Source: Eubacteriales bacterium
GTDB lineage: Bacteria; Bacillota; Clostridia; Christensenellales; CAG-138
DNA length: 64,000 bases
NCBI GenBank assembly: GCA_021373115.1
Contig: JAJFTI010000036.1
Span: forward strand, 12,524-76,523
Direction: 5' to 3'
Notes under the pieces: model-generated
Told to the model about the DNA's origin: nothing
Seen by the model: only the letters and a program-made list of their open reading frames with translations
The model's database searches: none
Position numbers and translations under genes: made by a program
Part shown: positions 53,401-63,369 of the stretch, one piece after another
Position numbering within the stretch: the first letter of the stretch is position 1
Layout: every line of letters begins with the position of its first letter

Positions 53401-56400
53401 AGCTTGGCAATCGAATAGGTGTCGCCGACCGGACTTACGGTTTCGCCGTTGTCCTCGATCTTCACCGTTTCAAAACCGGTTGCGGGCGTCCAGCTCAAGC
53501 TGGCTGTGTCATGGTAGCCGTAGGAACCCGCACCTTCTAGATCGGTTGCCGTGCCGGGCGTTGCCAGTGAAAGCGATACCGTGTAGGAAGCGGCTTTCCA
53601 CTGCGCGTAAAGGTCCTTAACCGGGGAGTTCGAATTCAGGCGAATCGAATCGCCCGCCTTGAATTTCGTACCGTCGCCATTTTCTTGCGTGGTCCAGCCG
53701 GTAAACTCGAAGCCCGCCCGTTCAAACGGGTTCCCGATTACGGTATGAATCGTATTGTTCGGAATCGGGGGAATCGTATAGGAGGTCGCCGTTCCGCCGG
53801 ATATCGTTCCGCCATGACCATAATAAGTAATGGAAACCAGCGAGGCTTGCGCGCCCCACTGCGCGATCAGCGTAACATTGGCCGTAATCTTTAAAACATT
53901 GCCCGGATAATAGAGCGTGCTGCCGCAGAGCCAGCCTAAAAAGACCTTTCCGGCAGGCGCTGTCACATCCGCGGTGAGCGCGCGTACTTTCGCTTCCGCG
54001 CCCGCGAGATACGCGGTCGTGTCTTCAAAAGATACCGTGCTGGTCGCGTCGCCGAGATCGTAGGTGACCTTATAAGTTGTTCCGCTGATCCAGACGGGAT
54101 AGAGCTCGACATTCGCATAAATCAGCGTACTCGGGCTGAACGTAACGAGCGAACCGCCGCGTTTGATCCGCCAACCGCCGAAAATATCGGAGTCATTCGG
54201 GTTTGCTTCAATGGCCGCGGCTCTCGCAGCAGCAAGCACATCCGCACTAATCGGCTTTCCGTATTCGAGGTTGCCAAGGTCGAAGGGGTTCGTGCTGGAA
54301 CCGTCCGTAGAGCAATACGCTTTACCGCTCAGCACCGGCGCTTTCCAGACGCCGAAGACGAGCAGGTCGCCCGCGGGCATCTTCCCTCCCCAGTTCATCT
54401 GGCTGCCATCCGTTCCTTCCGGCGTAGTATACCATCCGGCCCAAACGAAGCTGGAAGGCACGTTGCCCGGCCGCGCAGGCTGCGCCGCAGGCTGGTAGAT
54501 GGAAAGCGGCGCCTCATATTTTACAGAGATTGAGGAGCCCATCTGCACGCCATTATTATACAGTTTCAGCGAATAGCTGTTCCGCTCGTGGTAAACATTT
54601 ATCACGTCCGTGTCTGTGAAGATAGGAACCGATTCTACTTTAACCGTTGTTGAGCCCGGCTTGACCTTTATTAATTTGGGGTTCGTATTTGTACTGTATT
54701 TCGCGGCAGTAAAGCCGGCCATCAGATTGTCAATCGTGACCCATGCTTCGCCGAAGCCAAATGTGGTTGGATATTTCCCTGTGGTTGTTACGCGGTTGGA
54801 AGGGCTGTAATTGCTAGAAAGATCCTCGAAATAATTATTTATCGTATAGTTCGAGGCCATATTAAGGAACACGAATCTCGCGTAGAGCCGGAGGACGTGA
54901 ATATCCTTATCGAAAACAAAGACGGCTGGACCGCTATTGACAAATTTTTCCAGGCCGGTAACCTCCGCGCCTTTGTCGTTGCCGACACGCCATCCGAAAA
55001 AGTCATAACCATCGATCGGGTTTATTGCATCTTCGCTTGGCCAATAGCCAATATTCGAACCGTATAACCCTGATTTTGTTGAGCCATACTGCTGAAAGTC
55101 AGATGTATAAAATATACCATCTTTCTCTGGTACGTAGAATTCGAGGTACCACGTTTCGCGGTCAAAGTAAACGTTCAGCTGCGAACTGCCGTCCCCCGCA
55201 ACCGTAATGGAAGTGTTCTTCGTCGTGCTATAATCAAAGCCGACGTATTCCGTTTGTTTATCTTTGTTCGAAGCGGCTACCGTCGCGCCCGCGTTTGCTT
55301 CGCGCGTTTCCATAGACCCCGGAACCGCATTGTATTTGCTCGTGTCGTTCACGTCCTGCTGCCAGAAAACGACCGTATAGGTGACCTTTGCCGCCGTCCA
55401 GTCCGCGCTGAGCGTCACATCCGCACCCATGACATCGCCGAAATGGAAGCCGCTCCAGCCGTTGAAGGTATAACCGGTTTTCACGGGATCGCCGGCGCCG
55501 GTTTGCTGATTGACATAGGTATCAACCTTCTCTTCGGTCAGTTCGGTTCCGGGCGCAACCAGCATGGGCGAAATATAGGTGCCGCCGTTTGACTGGAAGG
55601 TAACCGTCAGCAAATTCTGAACCACGGGATACAGATTCATGCTCTCTTTATCGAGCGTTACGCTCCCGCCAACATTCACCTCGCCACTGGGATCGGTAGA
55701 CCAGCCCATCAGCACCTGAAGCGCATCCAGCTGGAGCGCCGAAACGCCCGTTGTTAAAACCACGCCGGTTTCATCCGCCTCGCGCGTTTCAATGACCGCG
55801 CCGCTCTGGTTGTGGAAGAAGACATATCGGGCGGGGGCGAACCAAGCGACCAGCTCGACCGTACCGGAAACTGTCACTTCCTGTGTGCCGTATGCGGTGA
55901 ACAGCGTCGTTCCGCTGTACCACCCGATAAACCGCTCGCCTTCATCCGCAGCCGGTGTTTCCGGTTCGTAGAGCGTATCCCGATCGGCAATGATCTGCGT
56001 GGATACAAGATTGCCCTTTGAAGTAAAGGTATAGGTCACGAGCGGCGTGGTATCCGCGCCGGTACTCTCCGGGGCAGCCGCAGACGATTTGCTGGAGCCG
56101 AGGGCGTCCAATCCGGCTTTTCTGGGATCACCACCCATGGTATCATCACCGCCCGTGGTAATTCCATCTTCAGCCGGTTTCTTGGCAAACATCGCATACA
56201 GGTCTAAATTATCGTGAACAGGGGTATTGAAGTCGTAAGGCGTACTGGAACCGGTCGCATACCAGCCCCGGAAAACCAGAACGGTGCCGTCCTCGGTTTC
56301 CGGCGGAGTTGGGTCTTTCGGTGCGGAAACCTTGTCTCCGTCCTTAACGGTCTCCTGGATCGTTTTCTGGCCTTCGGCGAAGAACTGCACCAAATGAGGC

Positions 56401-56660
56401 GCAGGCGTCTCGGAGGATCCACCCGTCTCCGTAGACCCGGACGTCTCCGTAGACCCGGACGTCTCCGTAGGCGTAGGCGTGGGCGTTGGCGTTGGCGTAG
56501 GCGTTGGCGTAGGCGTGGGCGTTGGCGTCGCATCTGCGCTGGCCGTAACGCCCGGCGTCGTTTCCGCAAGCGCGGTAACCGGAAACAGAGTGAATACCAT
56601 CATCAAGCAAAGCATAACGCTGATGATTTTAACGAGCCGCTTGCCTTTAAACATACTCAA
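50451..56660 (-). CDS. Giant cell-surface protein (2069 aa): signal peptide, (TP)n/(TETSGS)n linker, many Listeria-Bacteroides (Flg_new) repeats, a central block of MBG-like domains, and a C-terminal TM anchor
   Basis: Signal peptide MSMFKGKRLVKIISVMLCLMMVFTLFPVTALA. Recurrent units of the form ...F.GW.......F........LYA.W. Recurrent YDG-containing beta units (KVYDGLPL, VLYDGEAHSV, WVYDGNEHDW). C-terminus GIPLWIILAGAGLLGMGLLWFLLLLAKRRKEEEE. No LPxTG motif seen. Confidence 0.85.
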   Translation of the reverse strand: MSMFKGKRLVKIISVMLCLMMVFTLFPVTALAETTPGVTASADATPTPTPTPTPTPTPTPTPTPTETSGSTETSGSTETGGSSETPAPHLVQFFAEGQKTIQETVKDGDKVSAPKDPTPPETEDGTVLVFRGWYATGSSTPYDFNTPVHDNLDLYAMFAKKPAEDGITTGGDDTMGGDPRKAGLDALGSSKSSAAAPESTGADTTPLVTYTFTSKGNLVSTQIIADRDTLYEPETPAADEGERFIGWYSGTTLFTAYGTQEVTVSGTVELVAWFAPARYVFFHNQSGAVIETREADETGVVLTTGVSALQLDALQVLMGWSTDPSGEVNVGGSVTLDKESMNLYPVVQNLLTVTFQSNGGTYISPMLVAPGTELTEEKVDTYVNQQTGAGDPVKTGYTFNGWSGFHFGDVMGADVTLSADWTAAKVTYTVVFWQQDVNDTSKYNAVPGSMETREANAGATVAASNKDKQTEYVGFDYSTTKNTSITVAGDGSSQLNVYFDRETWYLEFYVPEKDGIFYTSDFQQYGSTKSGLYGSNIGYWPSEDAINPIDGYDFFGWRVGNDKGAEVTGLEKFVNSGPAVFVFDKDIHVLRLYARFVFLNMASNYTINNYFEDLSSNYSPSNRVTTTGKYPTTFGFGEAWVTIDNLMAGFTAAKYSTNTNPKLIKVKPGSTTVKVESVPIFTDTDVINVYHERNSYSLKLYNNGVQMGSSISVKYEAPLSIYQPAAQPARPGNVPSSFVWAGWYTTPEGTDGSQMNWGGKMPAGDLLVFGVWKAPVLSGKAYCSTDGSSTNPFDLGNLEYGKPISADVLAAARAAAIEANPNDSDIFGGWRIKRGGSLVTFSPSTLIYANVELYPVWISGTTYKVTYDLGDATSTVSFEDTTAYLAGAEAKVRALTADVTAPAGKVFLGWLCGSTLYYPGNVLKITANVTLIAQWGAQASLVSITYYGHGGTISGGTATSYTIPPIPNNTIHTVIGNPFERAGFEFTGWTTQENGDGTKFKAGDSIRLNSNSPVKDLYAQWKAASYTVSLSLATPGTATDLEGAGSYGYHDTASLSWTPATGFETVKIEDNGETVSPVGDTYSIAKLEGNHSVVVTLEQRDFTVFYDANGGTPAQETQTVARNTEFTVLSFPITLAKHYFLGWSEDFDAEMPDAKYTPGNKVTMPNSDLTLYAVWGDKKVLTITGKSLETVYTGEEQKVDKADLSEPDLEVTGYTVSGKGTDVDKYTVTVTLGTVKIVKDHVDVTYLYDVDTKPGTLTITPAAMKVSSSGYNEPYDGSGHSITVNVTSPLDSADTQIRYSSSEHDDPEDYKQTVNPSFTDVGESGTVYFVVTNKNYISYFSSAEVNITSVPITIKAQDQSWVYDGNEHDWLEYDTVSGKFVAGEGISGVLFDPDSKVKDVTSPAVNTITSVTLTDTTKPENYNITKLPGSLTVTPAEAPTLNVKDVTVLYDGEAHSVAIDKASLPSGTEYYFNRIGGTDLSKYTKGEFQGVHTAVYNRIYVAAVNPNYKTAYGSALLMITPRNITLESGSASKVYDGLPLMATKITQSGDGFAPGEGFKTEPSSTTSRTNAGEVDNLFVIPAMAEGTQAGDYAFQTNYGKLKVEPRYVMIITDDQTKNFGDPDPAYTYYFGTGEFRGRMYYDVLPADLAGTAISVYRADAGLPTAEDPGLHSEILYIDLGTGSTIRNGNYVVNAIAGSLTIDPQITYITGTTDVVTGMPTAHWTPFGGNAALSLGADVSRTGYILTGWLDETTKTLYPLGAEIAEVQANLQLTAQWEARRYDVFFRTGTGAAVANMPTNIFGAAYLSTVKLPADVPTRAGFTFAGWLSGDVDGTVHTYGANGTFIMPNNLTVMTAAWTPNLSPVTYYANYAGGGSFLEGTHATLSTVTVAANSFTRRGYRFLGWSDTPAGAISRQPGNTFIMPTTAMNFYAQWEQLEYDVTYFVTGGTGTGLDGASPYASYTGLHYGDAMPVPDEPTLDGYSFGGWTGLPTTVPEGGMTVYGAMTVLQAPAEPLTERIGDEQTPLAGKGGIPLWIILAGAGLLGMGLLWFLLLLAKRRKEEEEQNGAVK
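56425..56529 (-). repeat. In-frame tandem repeats inside the surface-protein gene: 18-nt unit (x2.7, TETSGS) followed by a 6-nt unit (about x10, TP)
   Basis: gtctccgtagacccggac at 56425-56442 and 56443-56460, with a partial third copy, then a ggcgtN hexamer array running to 56529. Confidence 0.75.
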
Positions 56661-57251
56661 GACCCCCTGCGAGATATTAAATGCCGAAAACCAGATACAT
56701 ATGTATACAACACATCGATTATTGATATGGAGTATATTCCATTGATATTACATTCTCGTTACTTTGTGACAGATTTATGCCCATTTTTACGGCTTTTTAC
56801 ATGTTTTTTTTCGATTTCTTCCTGAAAAAAATTAAAAGTATGAAACTATTTCACTTTGTTCTCTCCTAAACGCGAAAAAAACGCCATACGATTCCAGATC
56901 TCCCATAAAATCTGTAGTTTTCTTTGCATCTTCTATGCCGCCGACGCAAAGGGCAAAACCCCGTGCCGCTTTCCATACAGACAAAACAGTAAAAAACACG
57001 TTCTGGCTCTACCATACGTGGTATTACATTTCATGCGCACTCAATTCTCTTTCCGCTTCATGAGCAGCATAACTTCCACCCGAATCCGGTTGCGGCATGT
57101 ACCGTTTTTACAAATGTTTTTTACAGGTTATTCAGCGTTCCGCGACAGCCGGTTCCGCGCTGCAAACGTTTGGTCCCGGTTTTCCTTTCGCGGTGCGCGA
57201 CATCCTTCAAACGGAAACACGAGGCAGCGCGCACCGCTATTCGAGTAAACA

Positions 57252-57305
57252 AGAGAAAACAGCGCCCCGATTTTACCGCCAGACGGCGTTAAGTCGGGAC
57301 GCTTT
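57252..57305 (-). terminator. Candidate intrinsic terminator after ilvC
   Basis: Minus strand reads AGCGTCCCGA...TCGGGGCGCT (9/10 bp, long loop), followed by GTTTTCTCTTGTTT. Confidence 0.4.
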
Positions 57306-57389
57306 TAAATTGTAAATATACATGTTTATACAGTCGTTGAATTCCGTGTCAGCCCGGCCTTACGCCGATTACACCCGCGATGAGATCCT

Positions 57390-58382
57390 TTATTTCTTCA
57401 GAAAGGTCATCTGGCTGCGAAGTTGCTGGCCGACTTTCACCAGTTCCGTTTCAGCATTCTGCTTCTTCATTGCGTTGAAATGCGGGCGGCCGACGCGATT
57501 CTCCAGAATCCAGTCGCGTGCGAACGTGCCATCCTGAATTTCGGCGAGCACGCGTTTCATCTCTTTTCGCGTTTCCTCGGTGATGATACGCTTGCCGGTA
57601 ACGTAGTCGCCATACTCCGCCGTGTCGCTGATGGAATAACGCATGCGCTCGAATCCGCCCGCGTAGATAAGGTCCACGATGAGCTTCATCTCATGAATGC
57701 ACTCAAAGTACGCGTTCTCCGGCGCATAGCCCGCTTCCACCAGCGTTTCGAACCCGGCGCGCATGAGCTCCGTCACTCCGCCGCAGAGCACGGCCTGCTC
57801 GCCAAAAAGGTCGGTTTCCGTCTCCTCGCGGAAGGTCGTCTCCAGAATGCCCGCGCGCGCGGCGCCGATGCCCGCGGCATACGCCAGCGCGGTTTCCTTC
57901 GCCTTGCCCGTGTAGTCCTGCTGGACGGCAATCAGCGCCGGAACGCCCGCGCCGCGCTGATATTCGCTGCGGACGGTATGGCCGGGGCCCTTGGGCGCGA
58001 CCATGATCACGTCCACATTCGCAGGCGGAACGATCTGGCCGAAGTGGATGTTGAATCCGTGCGCAAACACGAGCGTGTTTCCCGCGGAGAGCCCGTCCGC
58101 AATGCTTTCGTAGTAGAGCGCGGACTGCTTTTCGTCGTTGACGAGGATCATGACCACGTCCGCTTCTTTCGCCGCGTCCTTCGCGGTTGCGACCTTCAGC
58201 CCCGCCTCCTCGGCGATCTTCCAGCTCTTGCTGCCATCATAGAGACCGACGATAACGTTTACGCCGCTCTCCTTGAGGTTCAGCGCGTGCGCGTGCCCCT
58301 GGCTGCCGTAGCCGATGACCGCGACGGTCTTGTTCTTGAGGTGCGCGAGGTTACAGTCCGCCTCGTAATACATCTTTGCCAT
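57390..58382 (-). CDS. ilvC: Ketol-acid reductoisomerase
   Basis: Segment [40 protein letters not shown]. Confidence 0.95.
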   Translation of the reverse strand: MAKMYYEADCNLAHLKNKTVAVIGYGSQGHAHALNLKESGVNVIVGLYDGSKSWKIAEEAGLKVATAKDAAKEADVVMILVNDEKQSALYYESIADGLSAGNTLVFAHGFNIHFGQIVPPANVDVIMVAPKGPGHTVRSEYQRGAGVPALIAVQQDYTGKAKETALAYAAGIGAARAGILETTFREETETDLFGEQAVLCGGVTELMRAGFETLVEAGYAPENAYFECIHEMKLIVDLIYAGGFERMRYSISDTAEYGDYVTGKRIITEETRKEMKRVLAEIQDGTFARDWILENRVGRPHFNAMKKQNAETELVKVGQQLRSQMTFLKK

Positions 58383-58430
58383 ATGATTTTCTCTCCTTAT
58401 CTATAATGAAATTCCTCCGGAATCCTCCGG

Positions 58431-58943
58431 TTATGCTTTCTGTGCCGCCATCACGTGCGCGTTCTCGATGGCGATGGTTCCCGTTCGAACCGTCTCCTGA
58501 ATGCCGTAACGCTCCAGCATCGTCTCCAGCCGCCGCACCTGATCGGAGGTATCGGCGTATTCGACAATCAGCATCTCATGCGATACGTCGATGACCTTTG
58601 CGCCGAAGATCTTTGTAATCTGCAAAAGGTCGCTGCGGTTTTCGGATGTCGCGCTCACCTTGAGCAGTATCAGTTCGCGGTTGATGAACTCGCCCTCGGT
58701 CAGAATCTTTACCTCGATGACGTCAATCAGCTTGCAGAGCTGTTTCTCCACCTGCTCAAAGATATCCTCATCCCCGTCCACCACGATGGTCATGCGCGAA
58801 ATTGCTGGGTCGCTCGTCGTGCCGACCGCGAGGCTGTGGATGTTGTACGCGCGGCGCGAGAACAGGCCGACGACCTTGTAGAGGATGCCCGCGTGGTTCT
58901 TAACCAGCACGGACATAGTCAGTTTCATGGGTCTTCCTTCCAT
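58431..58943 (-). CDS. ilvN: Acetolactate synthase small (regulatory, ACT-domain) subunit
   Basis: ORF trimmed to MEGRPMKLTMSVLVKNHAGIL (ATG 58943, TAAGGAGGA 8 nt upstream). ACT segment LVKNHAGILYKVVGLFSRRAYNIHSLAVG. Confidence 0.85.
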   Translation of the reverse strand: MEGRPMKLTMSVLVKNHAGILYKVVGLFSRRAYNIHSLAVGTTSDPAISRMTIVVDGDEDIFEQVEKQLCKLIDVIEVKILTEGEFINRELILLKVSATSENRSDLLQITKIFGAKVIDVSHEMLIVEYADTSDQVRRLETMLERYGIQETVRTGTIAIENAHVMAAQKA

Positions 58944-58956
58944 ATATATTTCCTCC

Positions 58957-60033
58957 TTACGCCGTCTCGATCCGGCGGCAGACGATATCGCCCATCTCGC
59001 GCGTGCCGACGGCGGGTTTGCCCGCGGCGATGTCCGCCGTGCGCCAGCCTTCTTCCAGCGCCTGCTGTACCGCGCGCTCGATCGCGCTCGCCGCATCCGG
59101 CTGGTTCAGCGAGTAGCGAAGCAGCATCGCACAGGAAAGAATCGTCGCCAGCGGGTTTGCGGCGCCCGTTCCCGCAATATCCGGCGCGGAACCGTGAATC
59201 GGTTCATACAACCCCAGCGTTCCGTTGCCGAGCGACGCGGAGGGCAGCATGCCGATGGAGCCGGTGATCATGCTCGCCTCGTCCGAAAGGATGTCGCCAA
59301 ACAGATTGCTCGTGACCACCACGTCGAACCGTGCGGGATTGCGGACAAGCTGCATGGCGCAGTTATCCACGAGCATATCGTCGTACGCCACATCCGAATA
59401 CTCCTTCGCAAGCTTATGCATTGTCTCCCGCCAGAGGCGCGAGCTTTCGAGCACATTTGCCTTGTCCACACTCGTAATCTTCCTGCGGCGTTTTCGCGCG
59501 GCCTCGAACCCGATGCGCCCGATGCGTTCCACTTCCATCACCGAGTACCGCTCGGTGTCGTAGGCTTCCTCGCCGTGCTCGCCTCTTTTTCTGCCGCGCT
59601 CGCCAAAGTAGATGCCGCCCGTGAGTTCGCGCACCATGAGGATGTCCAGCCCGCCGGAAACGATCTCCGGCTTGAGCGGACAAGCGTCCTTGAGCGGATC
59701 AAACAGCACCGCCGGACGCAGGTTTGCATAGAGCCCAAGCGCGGAACGGATGCCAAGCAAGCCCGCCTCCGGGCGCAGATGCCCCGGCAGAGTTTCCCAC
59801 TTTGGCCCGCCGACCGCGCCGAGCAGCACCGCGTCGCTGCTCTTGCAGGCGCTGATCGTATCCTGCGGCAACGGCGTGCCCAGCTCGTCCATCGCGCAGC
59901 CGCCCATCAGCACATCCCGATAGGCGAGCGTAAAGCCAAATCGCTTGGCCGCCGCGTTCAGCGCGCGGATGCCCTCCTCCACAATTTCGGGGCCGATACC
60001 ATCCCCGCGGATGACCGCAATGTTGTATTTCAT
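58957..60033 (-). CDS. leuB: 3-isopropylmalate dehydrogenase
   Basis: Start taken at [18 protein letters not shown] (ATG 60033; GGGAGG abuts the upstream ATG, so that ATG is unlikely to be used). Motif [25 protein letters not shown]. Confidence 0.9.
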   Translation of the reverse strand: MKYNIAVIRGDGIGPEIVEEGIRALNAAAKRFGFTLAYRDVLMGGCAMDELGTPLPQDTISACKSSDAVLLGAVGGPKWETLPGHLRPEAGLLGIRSALGLYANLRPAVLFDPLKDACPLKPEIVSGGLDILMVRELTGGIYFGERGRKRGEHGEEAYDTERYSVMEVERIGRIGFEAARKRRRKITSVDKANVLESSRLWRETMHKLAKEYSDVAYDDMLVDNCAMQLVRNPARFDVVVTSNLFGDILSDEASMITGSIGMLPSASLGNGTLGLYEPIHGSAPDIAGTGAANPLATILSCAMLLRYSLNQPDAASAIERAVQQALEEGWRTADIAAGKPAVGTREMGDIVCRRIETA

Positions 60034-60048
60034 GCGTTCCATCCTCCC

Positions 60049-60540
60049 TTACAGCATACCGTTCTTGATGGCGTTCATCAGCCCGCCCGCGGATATAATT
60101 CCCTGAATGAACGGCGGGAACGGTTCGCCCTGATAGGTTTCGTTCCGCGTTTCGTTCGTAATCACGCCCGTGTCGAAATCGACGCTGACGCGATCCCCCG
60201 CCTGAATCTTCGCGCTCGCCTCCGCGCACTCGACAATCGGCAATCCGATGTTGATCGCGTTGCGGTAAAAGATCCGCGCGAACGTCGCCGCAATCACGCA
60301 GGAGATGCCGCTTTCCTTAATCGCGATCGGCGCATGCTCGCGGGACGAGCCGCAGCCGAAGTTCGTGCCGCCGACCATGATGTCGCCTGGACGAACCCGT
60401 GCGGCAAAATCCCGGTCGATATCCTCCATGCAGTGGGAGGCAAGCTCCTTGGGATCGGTCGTGGTCAAATAGCGCGCGGGAATGATCACGTCCGTATCGA
60501 TGTTGTCGCCATACTTGATGGCTGTTCCGGTTGCGTTCAT
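60049..60540 (-). CDS. leuD: 3-isopropylmalate dehydratase small subunit
   Basis: ORF trimmed to [25 protein letters not shown] (ATG 60540, ATGA overlap with the leuC stop). Motif [13 protein letters not shown]. Confidence 0.9.
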   Translation of the reverse strand: MNATGTAIKYGDNIDTDVIIPARYLTTTDPKELASHCMEDIDRDFAARVRPGDIMVGGTNFGCGSSREHAPIAIKESGISCVIAATFARIFYRNAINIGLPIVECAEASAKIQAGDRVSVDFDTGVITNETRNETYQGEPFPPFIQGIISAGGLMNAIKNGML

Positions 60541-61811
60541 GCGTTGCCTCCTAACACGGTCTCCGGGGAAACGAGCCTGCCTGCGATGGCAGAAGCGGCG
60601 GCGACGGCGGGCGAAGATAGATAGACCTCCGATTCCGTATGTCCCATGCGCCCGACGAAGTTGCGGTTTGTTGTAGCAACCGCGCGCTCGCCGCTCGCGA
60701 GAATGCCCATGTGTCCGCCGAGGCACGGCCCGCAGGTGGGGGTGCTGACCGCGCAGCCCGCGTCGATAAATATCTTGACGAGACCTTCCTCCATTGCCTG
60801 GAGCATGATCTTTTGCGTCGCGGGAATCACGATGCAGCGAACGCCCTCGTGCACCTGCCGCCCTTCAAACAGTTTCGCCGCCGCGCGCAAATCCTCCATA
60901 CGCCCGTTCGTGCAGCTGCCGATCACCACCTGGTCAATCTTGATTTCGCCTAATTCGGAGACGGGTTTCGCGTTATCCGGCAGATGCGGCAGGGAAACGG
61001 TCGGGTGAATGGCGGAGAGGTCGATCTCGTAGGTCGCGGTGTAGTCCGCGTCCGCGTCGGCCTTATAGACCGTCCAGTCCTTGCAGCCGTGGCCGGCGGC
61101 ATACGCGGCGGTCTGCTCGTCGTATTCAAACACGCCGTTCTTCGCGCCCGCCTCGATGGCCATGTTCGCCATGCAGAGGCGGTCCTCCATCGTCATGCTC
61201 TTGAGTCCTTCGCCGGTGAACTCCATGGATTGGTACAGCGCGCCGTCCACACCGATTTTGCCGATGATATGCAGAATCACGTCCTTGCCGGAGACCCAGG
61301 GCTTTAGTTTGCCCGTGAGGATAAAGCGGATCGCGGTCGGCACCTTGAGCCAGCAGGTTCCCGTCGCCATTCCCGCCGCCATGTCCGTGCTGCCAACGCC
61401 GGTGGAAAACGCGGCGAGCGCGCCGTAGGTGCAGGTGTGCGAGTCCGCGCCAATGACAAGATCGCCGGGCTTGACCAAGCCCAGTTCCGGAAGCAGCGCG
61501 TGCTCCACGCCAACCTTACCGACGTCGAAAAAGTTCGTAATCGCGTGTTTCTTCGCAAAGCCGCGAACCACCTTGCACTGCTCGGCGGCCTTGATGTCCT
61601 TATTCGGCGTAAAGTGGTCCATCACGAGCACGATTTTTTCGCGGTCGAACACGGACTCAATGCCAGCTTTCTCGAACTCCTTAATCGCGACCGGCGCGGT
61701 GATGTCGTTTCCCAGCACCAGATCGACTTTCGCGCGAATCAGTTGCCCCGCCGTTACGCTGGGTAATCCCGCGTGCGCGGCGAGAATTTTCTGCGTCATG
61801 GTCATTCCCAT
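60537..61811 (-). CDS. leuC: 3-isopropylmalate dehydratase large subunit
   Basis: ORF trimmed to [15 protein letters not shown]. Aconitase-family Cys motifs IGSCTNGR and CGPCLG. Confidence 0.9.
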   Translation of the reverse strand: MGMTMTQKILAAHAGLPSVTAGQLIRAKVDLVLGNDITAPVAIKEFEKAGIESVFDREKIVLVMDHFTPNKDIKAAEQCKVVRGFAKKHAITNFFDVGKVGVEHALLPELGLVKPGDLVIGADSHTCTYGALAAFSTGVGSTDMAAGMATGTCWLKVPTAIRFILTGKLKPWVSGKDVILHIIGKIGVDGALYQSMEFTGEGLKSMTMEDRLCMANMAIEAGAKNGVFEYDEQTAAYAAGHGCKDWTVYKADADADYTATYEIDLSAIHPTVSLPHLPDNAKPVSELGEIKIDQVVIGSCTNGRMEDLRAAAKLFEGRQVHEGVRCIVIPATQKIMLQAMEEGLVKIFIDAGCAVSTPTCGPCLGGHMGILASGERAVATTNRNFVGRMGHTESEVYLSSPAVAAASAIAGRLVSPETVLGGNA

Positions 61812-61815
61812 TTCT

Positions 61816-63342
61816 TTACTGCTCCTCCCGCGCGTTCTCATAGATGAGGTTGTTAATCGCGTTGATGTAGGCAAGAATGCTCGCCTCAATCACGTCCGTG
61901 CTCAGGCCGTAGCCCTTGGCGATTGCGCCGTCGCAGGTGATCTTTACGCTGACCTCGCCCTGCGCGTCCCGCCCTTCCGTCACCGCGTCGATGGCGTATT
62001 CCTCCAGGCGGATCTGTTTTCCGACGATCTTGTTGATTGCGTTGAACGAAGCGTCCACGGGGCCAAATCCCTTGGCAACCTTCTCCGTAACCTCGCCGCC
62101 TCCGCTGGTAAGCGCAATGTTCGAGGTCGGCGTAATCGTATTGCCGGAGTTGATGACATAGCGCTGGAGCTCGTAGGTCTTCGGAATTTCCGAAACAAGG
62201 ATGCTCCGCACGAGCGCCTCAATATCCCGGTCGCTGACGGTTTTCTTCTTGTCCGCCAAATCCTTAAAGTTCTTGAAGAGCGTGTTGGAAATATCAAGGT
62301 CGACGTTGAAACCGAGGTCGTGGACGCGCTCGTTGAACGCGTGCCGCCCGCTGTGCTTGCCAAGCACCATCTTGTTCTTGGAAAGGCCGATGGATTCCGG
62401 GCTCATGATCTCGTAGGTCGCCTTGTTTGCCAACACCCCGTGCTGATGGATTCCGCTCTCGTGCGCAAACGCGTTTTCGCCGATGATCGCCTTGTTCGGT
62501 TGCACCTTCACGCCTGTAATACTCGAAAGCAAGCGGCTTGTTTTATAAATCTGCGTCGAATCGATCCCGCAGTCCGCATCGTAGTAGTCCGCGCGGGTCT
62601 TTAGGTTCATCACGATCTCCTCGAGCGCCGCGTTGCCCGCCCGCTCGCCAATGCCGTTGACCGTGCATTCCACCTGATCCGCGCCCGCCTTGATCGCCGC
62701 CAGCGAGTTGGCCACCGCCATACCGAGGTCGTCGTGGCAATGCGTCGCGATCTGCGCCATATGGATCCCCTTTACGTGCTCTTTCAGGTAGCAAATCAGG
62801 CTCGCTATCTCCTCCGGTGTGGTGTAGCCCACGGTATCCGGTATATTGAGCACGGTAGCGCCCGCTTCCAGCGCCGTTTCGCATACCCGCGCCAGAAACG
62901 CGGGGTCGCTCCGCGTTGCGTCTTCAGCGGAAAATTCCACATCCTCGCAGAGCTTCTTTGCGTAGCGAACCATTTCGCCCGTCTGCTCCAGCACCTCTTC
63001 ACGCGTCTTTTTGAGCTTGTACTCCATGTGGATGTCCGAGGTAGCGATGAACACATGAATCCGCGGGTATTTCGCGTAACGAATCGCCTCCCAGGAATTG
63101 TCGATGTCCTTCGCCAGCGCGCGGGAGAGGCTCGCGACACGGGTCTTTTGCAGTTCCTTGGCCACCGCGCGGACGGCGTTGAAGTCCCCCTGCGACGCGG
63201 CGGCAAATCCCGCCTCGATGACGTCCACGCCCAGCGCTTCCAGCTGGCGCGCCATGTCGATCTTTTCCTTTATATTCATGCTGCACCCCGGGGACTGTTC
63301 TCCGTCCCGCAGAGTGGTATCAAAAATCTGAATCCGTCTCAT
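61816..63342 (-). CDS. leuA: 2-isopropylmalate synthase
   Basis: Segments [22 protein letters not shown] and [16 protein letters not shown], plus a C-terminal LeuA dimerisation/regulatory domain. Confidence 0.9.
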   Translation of the reverse strand: MRRIQIFDTTLRDGEQSPGCSMNIKEKIDMARQLEALGVDVIEAGFAAASQGDFNAVRAVAKELQKTRVASLSRALAKDIDNSWEAIRYAKYPRIHVFIATSDIHMEYKLKKTREEVLEQTGEMVRYAKKLCEDVEFSAEDATRSDPAFLARVCETALEAGATVLNIPDTVGYTTPEEIASLICYLKEHVKGIHMAQIATHCHDDLGMAVANSLAAIKAGADQVECTVNGIGERAGNAALEEIVMNLKTRADYYDADCGIDSTQIYKTSRLLSSITGVKVQPNKAIIGENAFAHESGIHQHGVLANKATYEIMSPESIGLSKNKMVLGKHSGRHAFNERVHDLGFNVDLDISNTLFKNFKDLADKKKTVSDRDIEALVRSILVSEIPKTYELQRYVINSGNTITPTSNIALTSGGGEVTEKVAKGFGPVDASFNAINKIVGKQIRLEEYAIDAVTEGRDAQGEVSVKITCDGAIAKGYGLSTDVIEASILAYINAINNLIYENAREEQ

Positions 63343-63369
63343 TTCCTTCTCCTGTTCCTTGCTTCGATT

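Noticed and set aside
56425-56529. Regularly spaced short repeats as a possible CRISPR array
   Set aside because: The units are 6 and 18 nt, contiguous with no spacers, in frame, and inside a coding region where they encode the TP/TETSGS linker. This is a coding tandem repeat, not CRISPR.
56856-57248. Track ORF of 130 aa in the eno/ilv-side intergenic region
   Set aside because: It has no RBS, an odd composition (Phe/Arg/Cys/His-rich) and no recognisable motif. It starts inside the AT-rich promoter region of the divergent surface-protein gene.
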